Notes under the pieces: generated by a model | Database searches by the model: none | What the model saw: the letters and a program-made list of their open reading frames with translations, nothing else | What the model was told of the DNA's origin: nothing | Program-made: the position numbers and the translations under genes | Virus record (IMG/VR): IMGVR_UViG_3300042890_005556 | Direction: 5' to 3' (one strand) | From: a virus | Length of the DNA stretch: 64,000 nucleotides | Shown: piece after piece, positions 51,293-60,472 of the stretch | How the letters are laid out: every line of letters starts with the position of its first letter | Numbering within the stretch: position 1 is the stretch's first letter

Positions 51293-51685
51293 ATGGCTAT
51301 TGATGTCAAAGCTTTAAGCAGTTGGGTTAGGCAATTAAGGCATAGAGCCAAAAAGCACAATTTATATAACGATTTAACAATCCAAGAGATACAAACTGTC
51401 ATAATAGAATATAAGAATATGTGTTGTCTGTGTGAAAATGTTTCTGAAGTATTAGATATGGCGTACCCCCTACGTAATGGTGCTCCTAATGTCCAAGCGA
51501 ATGTCTTGCCACTGTGCAAACAATGTAAAAAGACTAAAGGTAATGATGATTTGACTGCAATGTACACTTCTGGTGTTATAGATAGGGATAAATTTTTAAC
51601 TATTATAAAGTCTTGTTTTGGTTTTAATCATGGCGATGTATTAAGGATACATGTGCGTACTTTGAGTGGTCATATTGACGATTGA
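51293..51685 (+). CDS. Degenerate HNH-fold zinc-finger protein
   Basis: CCLC...LDMAYPLRNGAPNVQANVLPLCKQCKKTKG; the usual DH..P His reads Met and the C..CN Asn reads Lys. Confidence 0.65.
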   Translation: MAIDVKALSSWVRQLRHRAKKHNLYNDLTIQEIQTVIIEYKNMCCLCENVSEVLDMAYPLRNGAPNVQANVLPLCKQCKKTKGNDDLTAMYTSGVIDRDKFLTIIKSCFGFNHGDVLRIHVRTLSGHIDD

Positions 51686-51720
51686 TTGGATCATTTGCCA
51701 TATAGTCAAGGAGGAAAACC

Positions 51721-52446
51721 ATGAGTAATACAGGTGGTCGTGCGATATACGGTGTGAATGATAATATCCGGATTTTAGAGCTAGATGGCTCTGTAAGTCG
51801 AGATGTATACGTTGTAGATCAAGACCGTTCCGATAGGAAGGGACATCTACGATTAATACATAAGAATTCCGGACTTGCAAAGAAAGTCCATCACCGAAGG
51901 ATTCTCACTAATTATGACGATGACATGGCGGTCGTGCTTGAGAATGGTAATAAATTCTATGCCTTGTGCCCGAAATGCGGCAAAACCGAAGAAATACTGC
52001 CAACACGAGATGACATAACATGCCCACAATGTGGACAGTTCTCATTGTACTGGTTGAGCACCAAGCCCGATTTGGGAGTCTACCAGACAAAAACCCTGAA
52101 CGAAAGAAAGCCGAAGAAAGAAATGGCTAAAAATAATAAAGTAGACATAACACAGTTACTGACATTAGAAGAATGTGAATTATGGTCGAAAACAGTAGCG
52201 TTCGATCATGAGAGAATAGACGCTAGAGCGTTCGTTCTCATTTACACGGCTGAGAATACAAGAAAGTACTGTTTTAACACCTATGATGGTATGCTTGGTA
52301 AAAAATCGAAACTATACATAGAGGAATTCATATCAAACGCCAGCATAGATGGTATTAGTCACGTGCCTTGGTTCAGTATTTCAGAAATTGAGGCAGTCAG
52401 AAAGAAGCTAGCGAAGTCTGGGTACGCCATACACAAGGAGGTATAG
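51721..52446 (+). CDS. Zinc-ribbon-containing hypothetical protein
   Basis: CPKCG...CPQCG; GAGGA RBS. Confidence 0.7.
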   Translation: MSNTGGRAIYGVNDNIRILELDGSVSRDVYVVDQDRSDRKGHLRLIHKNSGLAKKVHHRRILTNYDDDMAVVLENGNKFYALCPKCGKTEEILPTRDDITCPQCGQFSLYWLSTKPDLGVYQTKTLNERKPKKEMAKNNKVDITQLLTLEECELWSKTVAFDHERIDARAFVLIYTAENTRKYCFNTYDGMLGKKSKLYIEEFISNASIDGISHVPWFSISEIEAVRKKLAKSGYAIHKEV

Positions 52447-52632
52447 ATGTTAGTGCTTGCAAGAAAATTGAACCAGAAGATCATCATAGACGACCACACT
52501 GTAGTAACTATAGTGAAGATCGGGAAGGATTATGTTCGTCTCGGCATCGAGGCACCTGATCAAGTAAAAATATTCAGAGAAGAGATATATCCTTCTGAGG
52601 CAAATGATGGCGGAAAACCAAGCAGCGCATAA
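52447..52632 (+). CDS. csrA: Carbon storage regulator CsrA/RsmA RNA-binding protein
   Basis: MLVLARK...I.I......TIV.I....VRLGIEAP..V.IFREEI; AGGAGG RBS. Confidence 0.93.
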   Translation: MLVLARKLNQKIIIDDHTVVTIVKIGKDYVRLGIEAPDQVKIFREEIYPSEANDGGKPSSA

Positions 52633-52861
52633 CTTATATGTTTTGCGTAAAATGATAAGAGCACTGCAAGAACCGGCCAGAACTGCCATCTTTGAACAGA
52701 TAGAGCTAATGATTGATTCCATAGCAGACCAAGAACGAACATTCCACGCTAAAATATCGTCAGATATGCACGACATACAAGTTCTATTGTCTGCTATGCA
52801 ATTTGATCTAGAGTCCACTAAAAAAGAACGTGACAAATATAGAGCCATGCTAGGAGAATAA
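52604..52861 (+). CDS. Small coiled-coil protein (FDLE.T..ERD motif)
   Basis: GAGG RBS; C-terminal MQFDLESTKKERDKYR. Confidence 0.7.
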   Translation: MMAENQAAHNLYVLRKMIRALQEPARTAIFEQIELMIDSIADQERTFHAKISSDMHDIQVLLSAMQFDLESTKKERDKYRAMLGE

Positions 52862-52863
52862 TC

Positions 52864-53841
52864 ATGGATCTGCGTGATAAAAAAGTGCTGATTACAGGCG
52901 GAAAAGGTTTTTTAGGTACTCACGTTGCAGATGAAATAAAGCGACTTGGGTTACACATCGAAGACCTCGACCAAAACATTGTTAACGCAGCAAAACCAGG
53001 CACAGCGTATGTTTTTAAGTCAGAAACAGCAGACCTCACCAGCATCGAACAGACATACTGGCTATTTAAAAAAATAAGACCAGATGTAGTCATCCATCTG
53101 GCAGCTGCAGTCGGTGGCATCAAAGCAAATAGCAAAGCCCCAGGAACATTCTTCTACAAGAATATGACTATGGGTATGAATGTCATAGAGGCATGCAGAA
53201 TTTACAAAACAAGTAAACTGGCTATAATAGGAACAGTCTGCAGCTATCCCAAATGGACACCAACGCCGTTCAAAGAGATAGACCTATGGAATGGCTACCC
53301 AGAAGAAACGAACGCACCATACGGAATAGCCAAAAAAGCTCTATTCGTACAAGCAGACGCATATAAAAAAGAATACGGCATGGACTCAATATGTCTACTA
53401 CCCGTAAACCTGTATGGTCCCCACGACAACTTCGACCTAGAAACATCACACGTAATACCAGCACTCATCAAAAAAATGTATGATGCTAAAAAATATGACA
53501 TGCCGAAAATGGAATGCTGGGGTTCAGGATCAGCATCAAGAGAATTCCTCTATGTTAAAGATGCCGCAGCAGCCATTGTGAAAGCAGTGACATTCTACAA
53601 TAAAACCGAGCCAGTCAACATAGGGACAGGACAAGAAATCACCATTGCTGACCTAGCGAACAAAATAAAAGAATATACTCGCTATAGAGGCGAGATAGTA
53701 TGGAGAAATGACGACATAGATGGACAAAAAAGACGCTGCCTCGACACCACCAAAGCCGCCGAAGAGTTCGGTTTTACTGCCAGAACAACCCTCGACGAAG
53801 GACTCAAAGAAACCATTAAATGGTATGACCAAAACAATTAA
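52864..53841 (+). CDS. fcl: GDP-L-fucose synthase
   Basis: TGGKGFLG, VIHLAAAVGGIKAN, GTVCSYPK, LWNGYPEETNAPYGIAKK, PVNLYGPHDNFDLETSHVIPALIKK, WGSG...REFLYV. Confidence 0.95.
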   Translation: MDLRDKKVLITGGKGFLGTHVADEIKRLGLHIEDLDQNIVNAAKPGTAYVFKSETADLTSIEQTYWLFKKIRPDVVIHLAAAVGGIKANSKAPGTFFYKNMTMGMNVIEACRIYKTSKLAIIGTVCSYPKWTPTPFKEIDLWNGYPEETNAPYGIAKKALFVQADAYKKEYGMDSICLLPVNLYGPHDNFDLETSHVIPALIKKMYDAKKYDMPKMECWGSGSASREFLYVKDAAAAIVKAVTFYNKTEPVNIGTGQEITIADLANKIKEYTRYRGEIVWRNDDIDGQKRRCLDTTKAAEEFGFTARTTLDEGLKETIKWYDQNN

Positions 53842-54250
53842 CATAGAGATAAGCCCAGGCGAGCTAATCGACAGATACTCAATCGTGCTAATCAAACGAG
53901 AAATGATTTGGGACGAGGATAAGCAAAATAGCATCCAAATAGAATTAACCAGATTAAAAACAACATTTGAAGCACTTAACATATCAGACCGCGACATTCA
54001 CCTTATAAACCTGTATAAGGTGAACAGAGCCATATGGGACAAAGAAGAAGACATAAGAGAGATACACAGAAACTCAGCCATAGAATCCATATGGTGGTCG
54101 AATAAAAATAAGCGAATAAGAGCTGGAGAGATAGGTATAGCAATAGCCATACTTAATGACCAAAGGTGTTCCATAAAACGAGAGATTAACCGAAGTTGCG
54201 GATACGCAGTCTTAGAAGAAAAAAGCCACATGACGACGGAAAACGAATGA
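53825..54250 (+). CDS. DUF6165-like protein
   Basis: IEISPGELIDRYSIVLIK, LYKVNRAIWDKEEDIR, NDQR..IKREIN, EEKS; ATG at 53825. Confidence 0.75.
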   Translation: MTKTINIEISPGELIDRYSIVLIKREMIWDEDKQNSIQIELTRLKTTFEALNISDRDIHLINLYKVNRAIWDKEEDIREIHRNSAIESIWWSNKNKRIRAGEIGIAIAILNDQRCSIKREINRSCGYAVLEEKSHMTTENE

Positions 54251-54477
54251 CACAAGACTTCAAACAAACAGTAAACAGCGGGCAACCGTTTAAACTTAAA
54301 ACAATCCATATGACAACAATGTCGATATACTACCTAAAATATGACGGAACAGACTATACGCTAGAGAGCGAAAATGACAAATTAAGCGTAGAACGTATTA
54401 AATTCATATCAGACGAAAACGTCTCATTACACCTGAGTAACGGCAGAGAAGATACCTTCATCATAATAGGGGCTTGA
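54247..54477 (+). CDS. Hypothetical protein
   Basis: ATGA overlap with the upstream stop; fills the gap to thyX. Confidence 0.6.
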   Translation: MTQDFKQTVNSGQPFKLKTIHMTTMSIYYLKYDGTDYTLESENDKLSVERIKFISDENVSLHLSNGREDTFIIIGA

Positions 54478-54478
54478 A

Positions 54479-55288
54479 ATGGGCAAACTGGTACAGCCAA
54501 AAGTCTACCACGTTGGGTACACAGAAGTAGACACAGATACCATACTAGAATATCTTAAAGATAGCGGGAATCTAGACTTCTATGAAAGCATCAAAGAAGC
54601 CAAAGCGATTGGAATAAGTAACGCAGAAGTACTTTGCAGCCTCTACGCTAAACTCTGTTATAAGAGCCTTACATTAGGGCAAAACCAAAACATAACAAGA
54701 GTGAGAGACATCAAAGACAACCTCATAGGTTGTTTTCATACAGGTCACGGAAGCATATTCGAGCATATTAACTTTAATTTTATAATCACAGATTGTAGCA
54801 GAATATTCACACACGAATTGATAAGACATAGGCCAGGTATGGCTTATTCACAAAATAGCGGGCGATATATTAGAATAGACGAAATTGATATAGTATTTGA
54901 TCCAATCTTAGAGCCAGTAAAAGACGACGTAGAAGAAATAATCGAATATCTAGAACACAAGTACAGAATAATGGAGCAAAAGCTAGACTTGAATAATATC
55001 AAGGACTTTGCTACTAAAAAAGAAATGACATCCGCATTACGAAGACTTGCACCAAATGGTCAATCTAACGAAATAGGGGTTACAGCAAACCTCAGATCCC
55101 TCCGCCATATTATCATGCTTAGGACCAGCAGGCATGCTGAATGGGAGATAAGAGTAATATTCGAACAGATCTATAACATAATGAAGAGCAAATACCCGTT
55201 GATGTTTGCTGACGCGAAAGAAGAGATCGTTAAGGGAATCATAGAAGTCACCGGAATGAGGATGCAGCCTTATGAAAATAGTATTTGA
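54479..55288 (+). CDS. thyX: FAD-dependent thymidylate synthase
   Basis: GHGSIFEH, SRIFTHELIRHR...SQNSGRY, N.RSL.H..MLR...AEWEIR. Confidence 0.95.
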   Translation: MGKLVQPKVYHVGYTEVDTDTILEYLKDSGNLDFYESIKEAKAIGISNAEVLCSLYAKLCYKSLTLGQNQNITRVRDIKDNLIGCFHTGHGSIFEHINFNFIITDCSRIFTHELIRHRPGMAYSQNSGRYIRIDEIDIVFDPILEPVKDDVEEIIEYLEHKYRIMEQKLDLNNIKDFATKKEMTSALRRLAPNGQSNEIGVTANLRSLRHIIMLRTSRHAEWEIRVIFEQIYNIMKSKYPLMFADAKEEIVKGIIEVTGMRMQPYENSI

Positions 55289-55820
55289 ACGCCTACCAAG
55301 AAACAACAACCCAATACCGAGCTACGCGACGCAAGGGAGCGCAGCTTTTGATCTAAGCACATGCCTTAGAAGATCCTGCAGACAATTTCTGGCAGGAAGG
55401 GGTACTATCAATTTCAGATGTACTACAGACGGCGGAAGGCGTGATAGCGATGAAGAAGGCAACTTAAGAGAGATAGGAAATTGTGATATCCCGGTGTTAA
55501 GGATTAACCCAGGTGAAATAATTCTAATACCGACTGGATTCAAGACCTCTTTCGTAAACGCCGTATTGAAGATATTTGTGAGATCTTCAATCAGCTTGGA
55601 TGGTCTTCAGCTAGCCAATAATGTCGGTATCATAGATTCAGACTATAGGGGTGAATTGTTCTTAGCATTTAAGAATACCAGTGATAAAGTGAAAAACATA
55701 TCTGATAACTACAGGATGGCACAAGGTATTCTTGAACCGCTTGAACAGTGCATCATAGAAGAAGGTACCGTCGACATTACTGTCAGAGGTGCTGGTGGGT
55801 TTGGTTCCACTAACGAATAA
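55272..55820 (+). CDS. dut: Trimeric dUTPase
   Basis: GSAAFDL, RSS, GIIDSDYRGE, RMAQG, RGAGGFGST (motifs 1-5). Confidence 0.93.
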   Translation: MKIVFERLPRNNNPIPSYATQGSAAFDLSTCLRRSCRQFLAGRGTINFRCTTDGGRRDSDEEGNLREIGNCDIPVLRINPGEIILIPTGFKTSFVNAVLKIFVRSSISLDGLQLANNVGIIDSDYRGELFLAFKNTSDKVKNISDNYRMAQGILEPLEQCIIEEGTVDITVRGAGGFGSTNE

Positions 55821-55828
55821 AAATTCCG

Positions 55829-55859
55829 AGCGCAAACAGCCAGAAAGCTTGTTTGCGCT
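55829..55859. terminator. Stem-loop after dut
   Basis: 10-bp agcgcaaaca/tgtttgcgct inverted repeat; no strong U-tract. Confidence 0.45.
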
Positions 55860-55951
55860 AATTACGATTCAATGAACGCCCATCTTGATTAAGACTAAAT
55901 ATACAATGTCTAGGATAACTCACTACGTTATTTTAAGATTGATAAACCATT

Positions 55952-56290
55952 ATGGACAGTAAAATAATCGAACTCAAAAAATGTCTAAACCACGCTATAG
56001 GACATATTGAACATAATTTTTACAACTTCGCTATAGATGGCCTGAAAGACGCTTTGCTAAAAATCGACGCTCTACAAGAAAAAAGAGAGCGTAACGTTAT
56101 TTCAGAAGAATACTATACGGCAATAATGGCAATTATAACAGAAAAATATGGATCAGACGGTCTCGAAGCTTTTTGCCTTGGTACATTCCTGATATCTAAG
56201 GGACGGGGAGGTAAGCATGACTTATCAAGCGAAATAAAAAAGCTGCTCTGTTCGCAACCAGAAGATGAAAACACAAACACAGGACACTAA
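55952..56290 (+). CDS. Hypothetical protein
   Basis: 112-aa ORF overlapping the phoH start. Confidence 0.6.
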   Translation: MDSKIIELKKCLNHAIGHIEHNFYNFAIDGLKDALLKIDALQEKRERNVISEEYYTAIMAIITEKYGSDGLEAFCLGTFLISKGRGGKHDLSSEIKKLLCSQPEDENTNTGH

Positions 56291-56993
56291 CGTGGCAAGA
56301 AAAAGAAGCGTAAAGCCAACAGCCAGAGTAGCAAGATCAACCCGGACACAGCAACAGCCAAAACCAATATTTAAAACAGTTAAACCAAAAACAGTAGGTC
56401 AAGCAGCATATTTTAAAGCATTAAAAGAGAGCGTAGTAACGTTCGGTGTAGGCCCAGCAGGCTCAGGAAAAACATATCTAGCAGTTGCACAAGCAGCTGA
56501 ATCGCTATTCAAAGGCGAAACCAAGAAGATAATACTGGTAAGACCAGCCGTAGAAGCTGGCGAGCATTTAGGATTCCTGCCAGGCGACATGGCAGAAAAA
56601 ATCAACCCATATCTTAGACCACTGTTAGACGCTTTAAACGATATTATAGATCCCAAAGTGATCCAAGAGATGATGGCGTCAGATATAATAGAAATTGCAC
56701 CGCTCGCTTTCATGCGTGGTAGAACATTAAACGATGCGACTATCATACTTGATGAGGCACAAAACGCAACCAAAGAACAGATCAAAATGTTCCTAACTAG
56801 AATTGGCCAAAATTCTAGGGTTATCGTGACGGGAGACCCGACCCAAAATGATCTCCCATTCGATAAGCAGAGCGGATTAATAGACGCTATGCAAAGGACA
56901 TCGCACATCAAAGGCATAAGCATAATTAAACTCGAAAAGACAGATATTGTCCGGCATCCAATAGTCCAAGAAATCGTCGAAGCCTACTACTGA
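56265..56993 (+). CDS. phoH: PhoH-family ATPase
   Basis: GPAGSGKTYLA, RPAVEAGEHLGFLPG, PLAFMRGRTL, LDEAQN, TGDPTQND, IVRHP. Confidence 0.95.
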   Translation: MKTQTQDTNVARKRSVKPTARVARSTRTQQQPKPIFKTVKPKTVGQAAYFKALKESVVTFGVGPAGSGKTYLAVAQAAESLFKGETKKIILVRPAVEAGEHLGFLPGDMAEKINPYLRPLLDALNDIIDPKVIQEMMASDIIEIAPLAFMRGRTLNDATIILDEAQNATKEQIKMFLTRIGQNSRVIVTGDPTQNDLPFDKQSGLIDAMQRTSHIKGISIIKLEKTDIVRHPIVQEIVEAYY

Positions 56994-57769
56994 TGCTAAC
57001 GATATGCTCATTCGAAGCAAACAGTTACCAATTATGGCAAGTAGAGCTACTCTATAAAACATTCATGCTTAACCAAAGCGGAAATTTTATGGGAGTAGCT
57101 CATAACGACGGAAACGACATACAAGCACACTGCTTCCCAATATACTGGACAAAAAACAACTACAAGTATTTCAACCAGGATAATTATTCACCATATAATA
57201 AAATAGCAGGCATCAAAGAATTTCTTCTGGATGTTCCAGGCCCACCAAATGAAACAATAATGTTAATAGACCCAGACTGCATAATACTGAAAGACATAAA
57301 CATATTACTAAGACCAAGAACGTTATTAACAAATTATTATTCATACATGCATATTAATGACACCATAAAAAACCATATAGATGGCATATCAGACGTAGAA
57401 GATTTTCCAGCTGTTGGAATACCATATATCATGAGAAGAATAGATTTACTAACAATAATCGACAGATGGTTTGAATTATGTGTGAAAATACGAGAAAGGT
57501 CAAAGGACTGGATAGTAGAAATGTGGGCGTTCAGCATAGCAATACAGGAATCAGAAATGAAAGTGATAACGGAAGACTATGTAGGTTTTTCAAATTCAGA
57601 TAGCAATCCGCCGCATATAATTCACTATTGCAATGAGATACAGAACTTAGATGACAAAGACATATGGTCAAAAAGATATTTCGTAAGAGGTGGGTATCCA
57701 GATCCAAAAGAAGCTAAAACCCACTGTGGGAGAATAATGCTAGAGACCTTACACCTATTAATGAAATGA
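56993..57769 (+). CDS. GT-A glycosyltransferase resembling plant peptidyl-Ser galactosyl / hydroxyproline arabinosyl transferases (GT96/GT95-like)
   Basis: YQLWQVELLYKTF, DNYSPYNK..GIKEFL, LIDPDCI (DxD), GIPYIM...DL..I...W, WIVEMWAFSIA, IIHYC. Confidence 0.7.
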   Translation: MLTICSFEANSYQLWQVELLYKTFMLNQSGNFMGVAHNDGNDIQAHCFPIYWTKNNYKYFNQDNYSPYNKIAGIKEFLLDVPGPPNETIMLIDPDCIILKDINILLRPRTLLTNYYSYMHINDTIKNHIDGISDVEDFPAVGIPYIMRRIDLLTIIDRWFELCVKIRERSKDWIVEMWAFSIAIQESEMKVITEDYVGFSNSDSNPPHIIHYCNEIQNLDDKDIWSKRYFVRGGYPDPKEAKTHCGRIMLETLHLLMK

Positions 57770-58183
57770 TCAAGGCTTGTGCCAATTACCATTCTCATCC
57801 ATATAACCAGACTTGCTCCAATATAGATGACCGAACAGGAGCCCAAAGCCAAAAGGAAACCAAGTGTGGCTCATACTAAATTGCCATAAAAAATAGCCGA
57901 TAAAACTATGAGAGAAAACCATCGCAGAGACAGTCTGAATAATGATTAATAATACTAATACCTCAAATACTATCTTCACAAATGGTGTGAGCCTATTCTT
58001 ATCAAGGTAGAAATGGCCCATAACAGTCCCAAGCAGTGCTGGCAATAGCGGGACTCTCGCAGATTGCTCCCAGATGTACAAGCTTACAGTCTGTCCATTC
58101 ACGAGATAGACGTATAAGTCATATATTCCCAATAAGGATATGAAAGCGATCACCACGAACGGTGTAAAATTTTGATATTTCAT
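57770..58183 (-). CDS. Membrane protein with internal duplication
   Basis: Two copies of TPFV...W..S...P...G...GH(F/L)Y; about four hydrophobic segments. Confidence 0.7.
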   Translation of the reverse strand: MKYQNFTPFVVIAFISLLGIYDLYVYLVNGQTVSLYIWEQSARVPLLPALLGTVMGHFYLDKNRLTPFVKIVFEVLVLLIIIQTVSAMVFSHSFIGYFLWQFSMSHTWFPFGFGLLFGHLYWSKSGYMDENGNWHKP

Positions 58184-58215
58184 ATAATATCATCCTGTTC
58201 GGTTGCATTAGGGAA

Positions 58216-59481
58216 TTAGAAGGCATACCCGTTATCAGTTATGATCTGGACCGCTACGGGGCTTATCAGCTTGTGCTTGCCGTACGGCGACCCATTTCTT
58301 GACCTTACATACTCTTTGGTATTAAGGCCAAGTGTCTCCATAATGCCTATAAATTCTTTATTCTTTAACCTTAACATCATAGCCGCCTCAGTTAAGGTAT
58401 ACCAAACATTGTAGCCACGCGATGGTGCCTCACGTTCTACTGTATGCTTGGGTGTTTCATATGATTTAAATCCTTCGACAAGTAATTTAGCTGCATTTTC
58501 TTCGAAATACTTTACTGTTCCAATTTGGATATATTGGACGTTCTGGTATTGAGATATCAAACCACGCAGTGTGGTAGTCTTGATATCCAGTCTTCCAGCC
58601 AGAGTGGCTACCGTATAGTAACCATCTGGAGGGCCTGATTCTTTAGATTCTAAAAAAGTCTCTATAAAATCTTCACTGATGTATGAGGAGATCCGGCTGC
58701 TTGATAATTTCACACAAATTGATTCATCGTCTTTAATCTCTCTAGCTGCAATAATCTGATGTACGCGTTGTCTGGAAACGCATAACCGCAACGCCGATTC
58801 TGCAGCACTGATGAAACCCACACTACGCATATAATCATCCAGAATCTGCTTGTGTCGTATCGACTTTGGCACATGCGGCACGCCATCAATGTGCTTAACA
58901 TCTGTGCGAAGTCCAATAAATTGCATAAAATCTGGGGTAATAAACTTATCATCTAAAAAATCAGATATTGGCTGTAATTTTAAAACCTTCTTATAGCTCT
59001 TTTTATCGCGAGCTACTTCATGGTATTTTTCTAGTATCTCATTTGCTAGCTCTGGAGAAAACATGACTCTATAAAATCGTCGTTTTTTGCTACCTATTTT
59101 TAGAGCACGGTCATAGAAACCGTATTTGTAGATGAATGCGTATAATGTAGGGCTAACGATGTCTAGCTTTTTACAGAGCTGTGAAGCACTCAAGAAGTCA
59201 TTAGGGATGACGTAATTAGACGATTTAAGTCGATCCATGCCTTCCTGGCTTATAAAGATCTTGCGTCTTTTGCTGTTTGGAGCGTACTGTTGCCTGGTGT
59301 ATAGAGCGTCTGGCAGCTTTATTACATTATTGAGAACTGTGCTTATGGTACAGGATAGTATCTTAGCAGCTTGTTTTAACGTATAATAATCAGTTGGGGC
59401 TTCATACTCTGCGTTTTCATTTTTCATTTTGATTGTCGAGAATATCTGACTGTATTTGTTTAGGATCATTCTGCTCTTCAT
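58216..59481 (-). CDS. DNA-binding protein with about five excisionase/MerR-type HTH repeats
   Basis: YYTLKQAAKIL, FLSASQLCKKL, FISAAESALRLCVSRQRV, YYTVATLAGRL, WYTLTEAAMML. Confidence 0.75.
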   Translation of the reverse strand: MKSRMILNKYSQIFSTIKMKNENAEYEAPTDYYTLKQAAKILSCTISTVLNNVIKLPDALYTRQQYAPNSKRRKIFISQEGMDRLKSSNYVIPNDFLSASQLCKKLDIVSPTLYAFIYKYGFYDRALKIGSKKRRFYRVMFSPELANEILEKYHEVARDKKSYKKVLKLQPISDFLDDKFITPDFMQFIGLRTDVKHIDGVPHVPKSIRHKQILDDYMRSVGFISAAESALRLCVSRQRVHQIIAAREIKDDESICVKLSSSRISSYISEDFIETFLESKESGPPDGYYTVATLAGRLDIKTTTLRGLISQYQNVQYIQIGTVKYFEENAAKLLVEGFKSYETPKHTVEREAPSRGYNVWYTLTEAAMMLRLKNKEFIGIMETLGLNTKEYVRSRNGSPYGKHKLISPVAVQIITDNGYAF

Positions 59482-59662
59482 AAGTACCCTCTGTTATATT
59501 CGCGGCTATAGTATCTGGATCGCCTGAGGTATTGTGGCATATTTCGCCATTGTTCTCAATATACGGACAATGCCTGCACCCGCAGGCACAGCAATATCCT
59601 CTGCTGATCAAATACTCACTAGTGAATACTCGGTACCCATTTTCATAATAAAAATCAGTCAT
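59417..59662 (-). CDS. DUF5522-like Cys-rich protein
   Basis: DFYYENG..VFT..YL..RGYCC.CGCRHCPY. Confidence 0.75.
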   Translation of the reverse strand: MTDFYYENGYRVFTSEYLISRGYCCACGCRHCPYIENNGEICHNTSGDPDTIAANITEGTYEEQNDPKQIQSDILDNQNEK

Positions 59663-60170
59663 TATAAGCACCGCTCATTACATTGTCCAAATGCAACGCA
59701 TAGACCAAGTCAACAAGACCTGGAGGCAGATCAGACACGTCAAAAGACGATAGACTTTTATATCCTTTTGTTGGGGGTATAACTGTATAAGCGTTTCGAA
59801 TGTTTATGAATATACCGAGCTGATCATTTAGACACTTCAGCCTTAACTGATCATAAGGCAGGTCATCAAATCTATTCGGATAGTTGAAGAGCAGATGCTC
59901 TGAATTCTTCCCTTTGTAATAGACTGTGTTAAGATCATAAATTTTAATAATATTTCTTAATTGATTCATGCCAGCTTTTGTCACAGCCCGCATCTCAATT
60001 AAGCTCTTGCCTATAGGCAAGGCTAGTTTGCTATCATCAAATATTTCGCCATTATTACTATAGTAATAATGTTTCTTATCATTTATAATAAGCGGCGAGT
60101 AGCCAGCAGCTTTGGTAGTCTCAGCAGCCTCTTTGAGGCTTTTGGAGGTAATCGCATCAATTAAACTCAT
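59655..60170 (-). CDS. Hypothetical protein with weak similarity to the bifunctional primase-polymerase N-domain
   Basis: HLLFNYP, GIFINIRNAYTVIPPT..Y...LPPGL recall prim-pol C-terminal motifs but no DxD was seen. Start at 60170 or TTG 60179 after GGAGG. Confidence 0.5.
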   Translation of the reverse strand: MSLIDAITSKSLKEAAETTKAAGYSPLIINDKKHYYYSNNGEIFDDSKLALPIGKSLIEMRAVTKAGMNQLRNIIKIYDLNTVYYKGKNSEHLLFNYPNRFDDLPYDQLRLKCLNDQLGIFINIRNAYTVIPPTKGYKSLSSFDVSDLPPGLVDLVYALHLDNVMSGAYND

Positions 60171-60250
60171 TTTGTTCAAACTCCCTCCACATAAAAATTT
60201 TACCAACATTGAAAGCTTATAATAGTATATTATTAGCAAGTAGATACAAT

Positions 60251-60472
60251 ATGAGCCAAAATGATCTCCCGAAAATAAGGATGAATAGCCTATGCAATAT
60301 CAAGAAGCATCTAACCGAATACCATAAACTACTTTTAGACATCGAAAAAGATAAAGCAATCCAGAAAAAGCTCAAAACAAATGATGGATTTGAACTTCTA
60401 GAGATCACACATCTTATAGAACTCATAACACAAATAGAGGAGAAAAATAATGCGAATAATGTGGTTTTCTAA
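60251..60472 (+). CDS. Hypothetical protein
   Basis: ATG 60251; overlaps the next gene start. Confidence 0.55.
   Translation: MSQNDLPKIRMNSLCNIKKHLTEYHKLLLDIEKDKAIQKKLKTNDGFELLEITHLIELITQIEEKNNANNVVF

Noticed and set aside
53720-53824. N-terminal extension of the DUF6165-like ORF
   Set aside because: Overlaps fcl by over 100 bp; the family pattern begins at ATG 53825.
56399-56923. 174-aa minus ORF (also 63457..63948 on +)
   Set aside because: Antisense shadows of phoH and of the terminal minus-strand gene.
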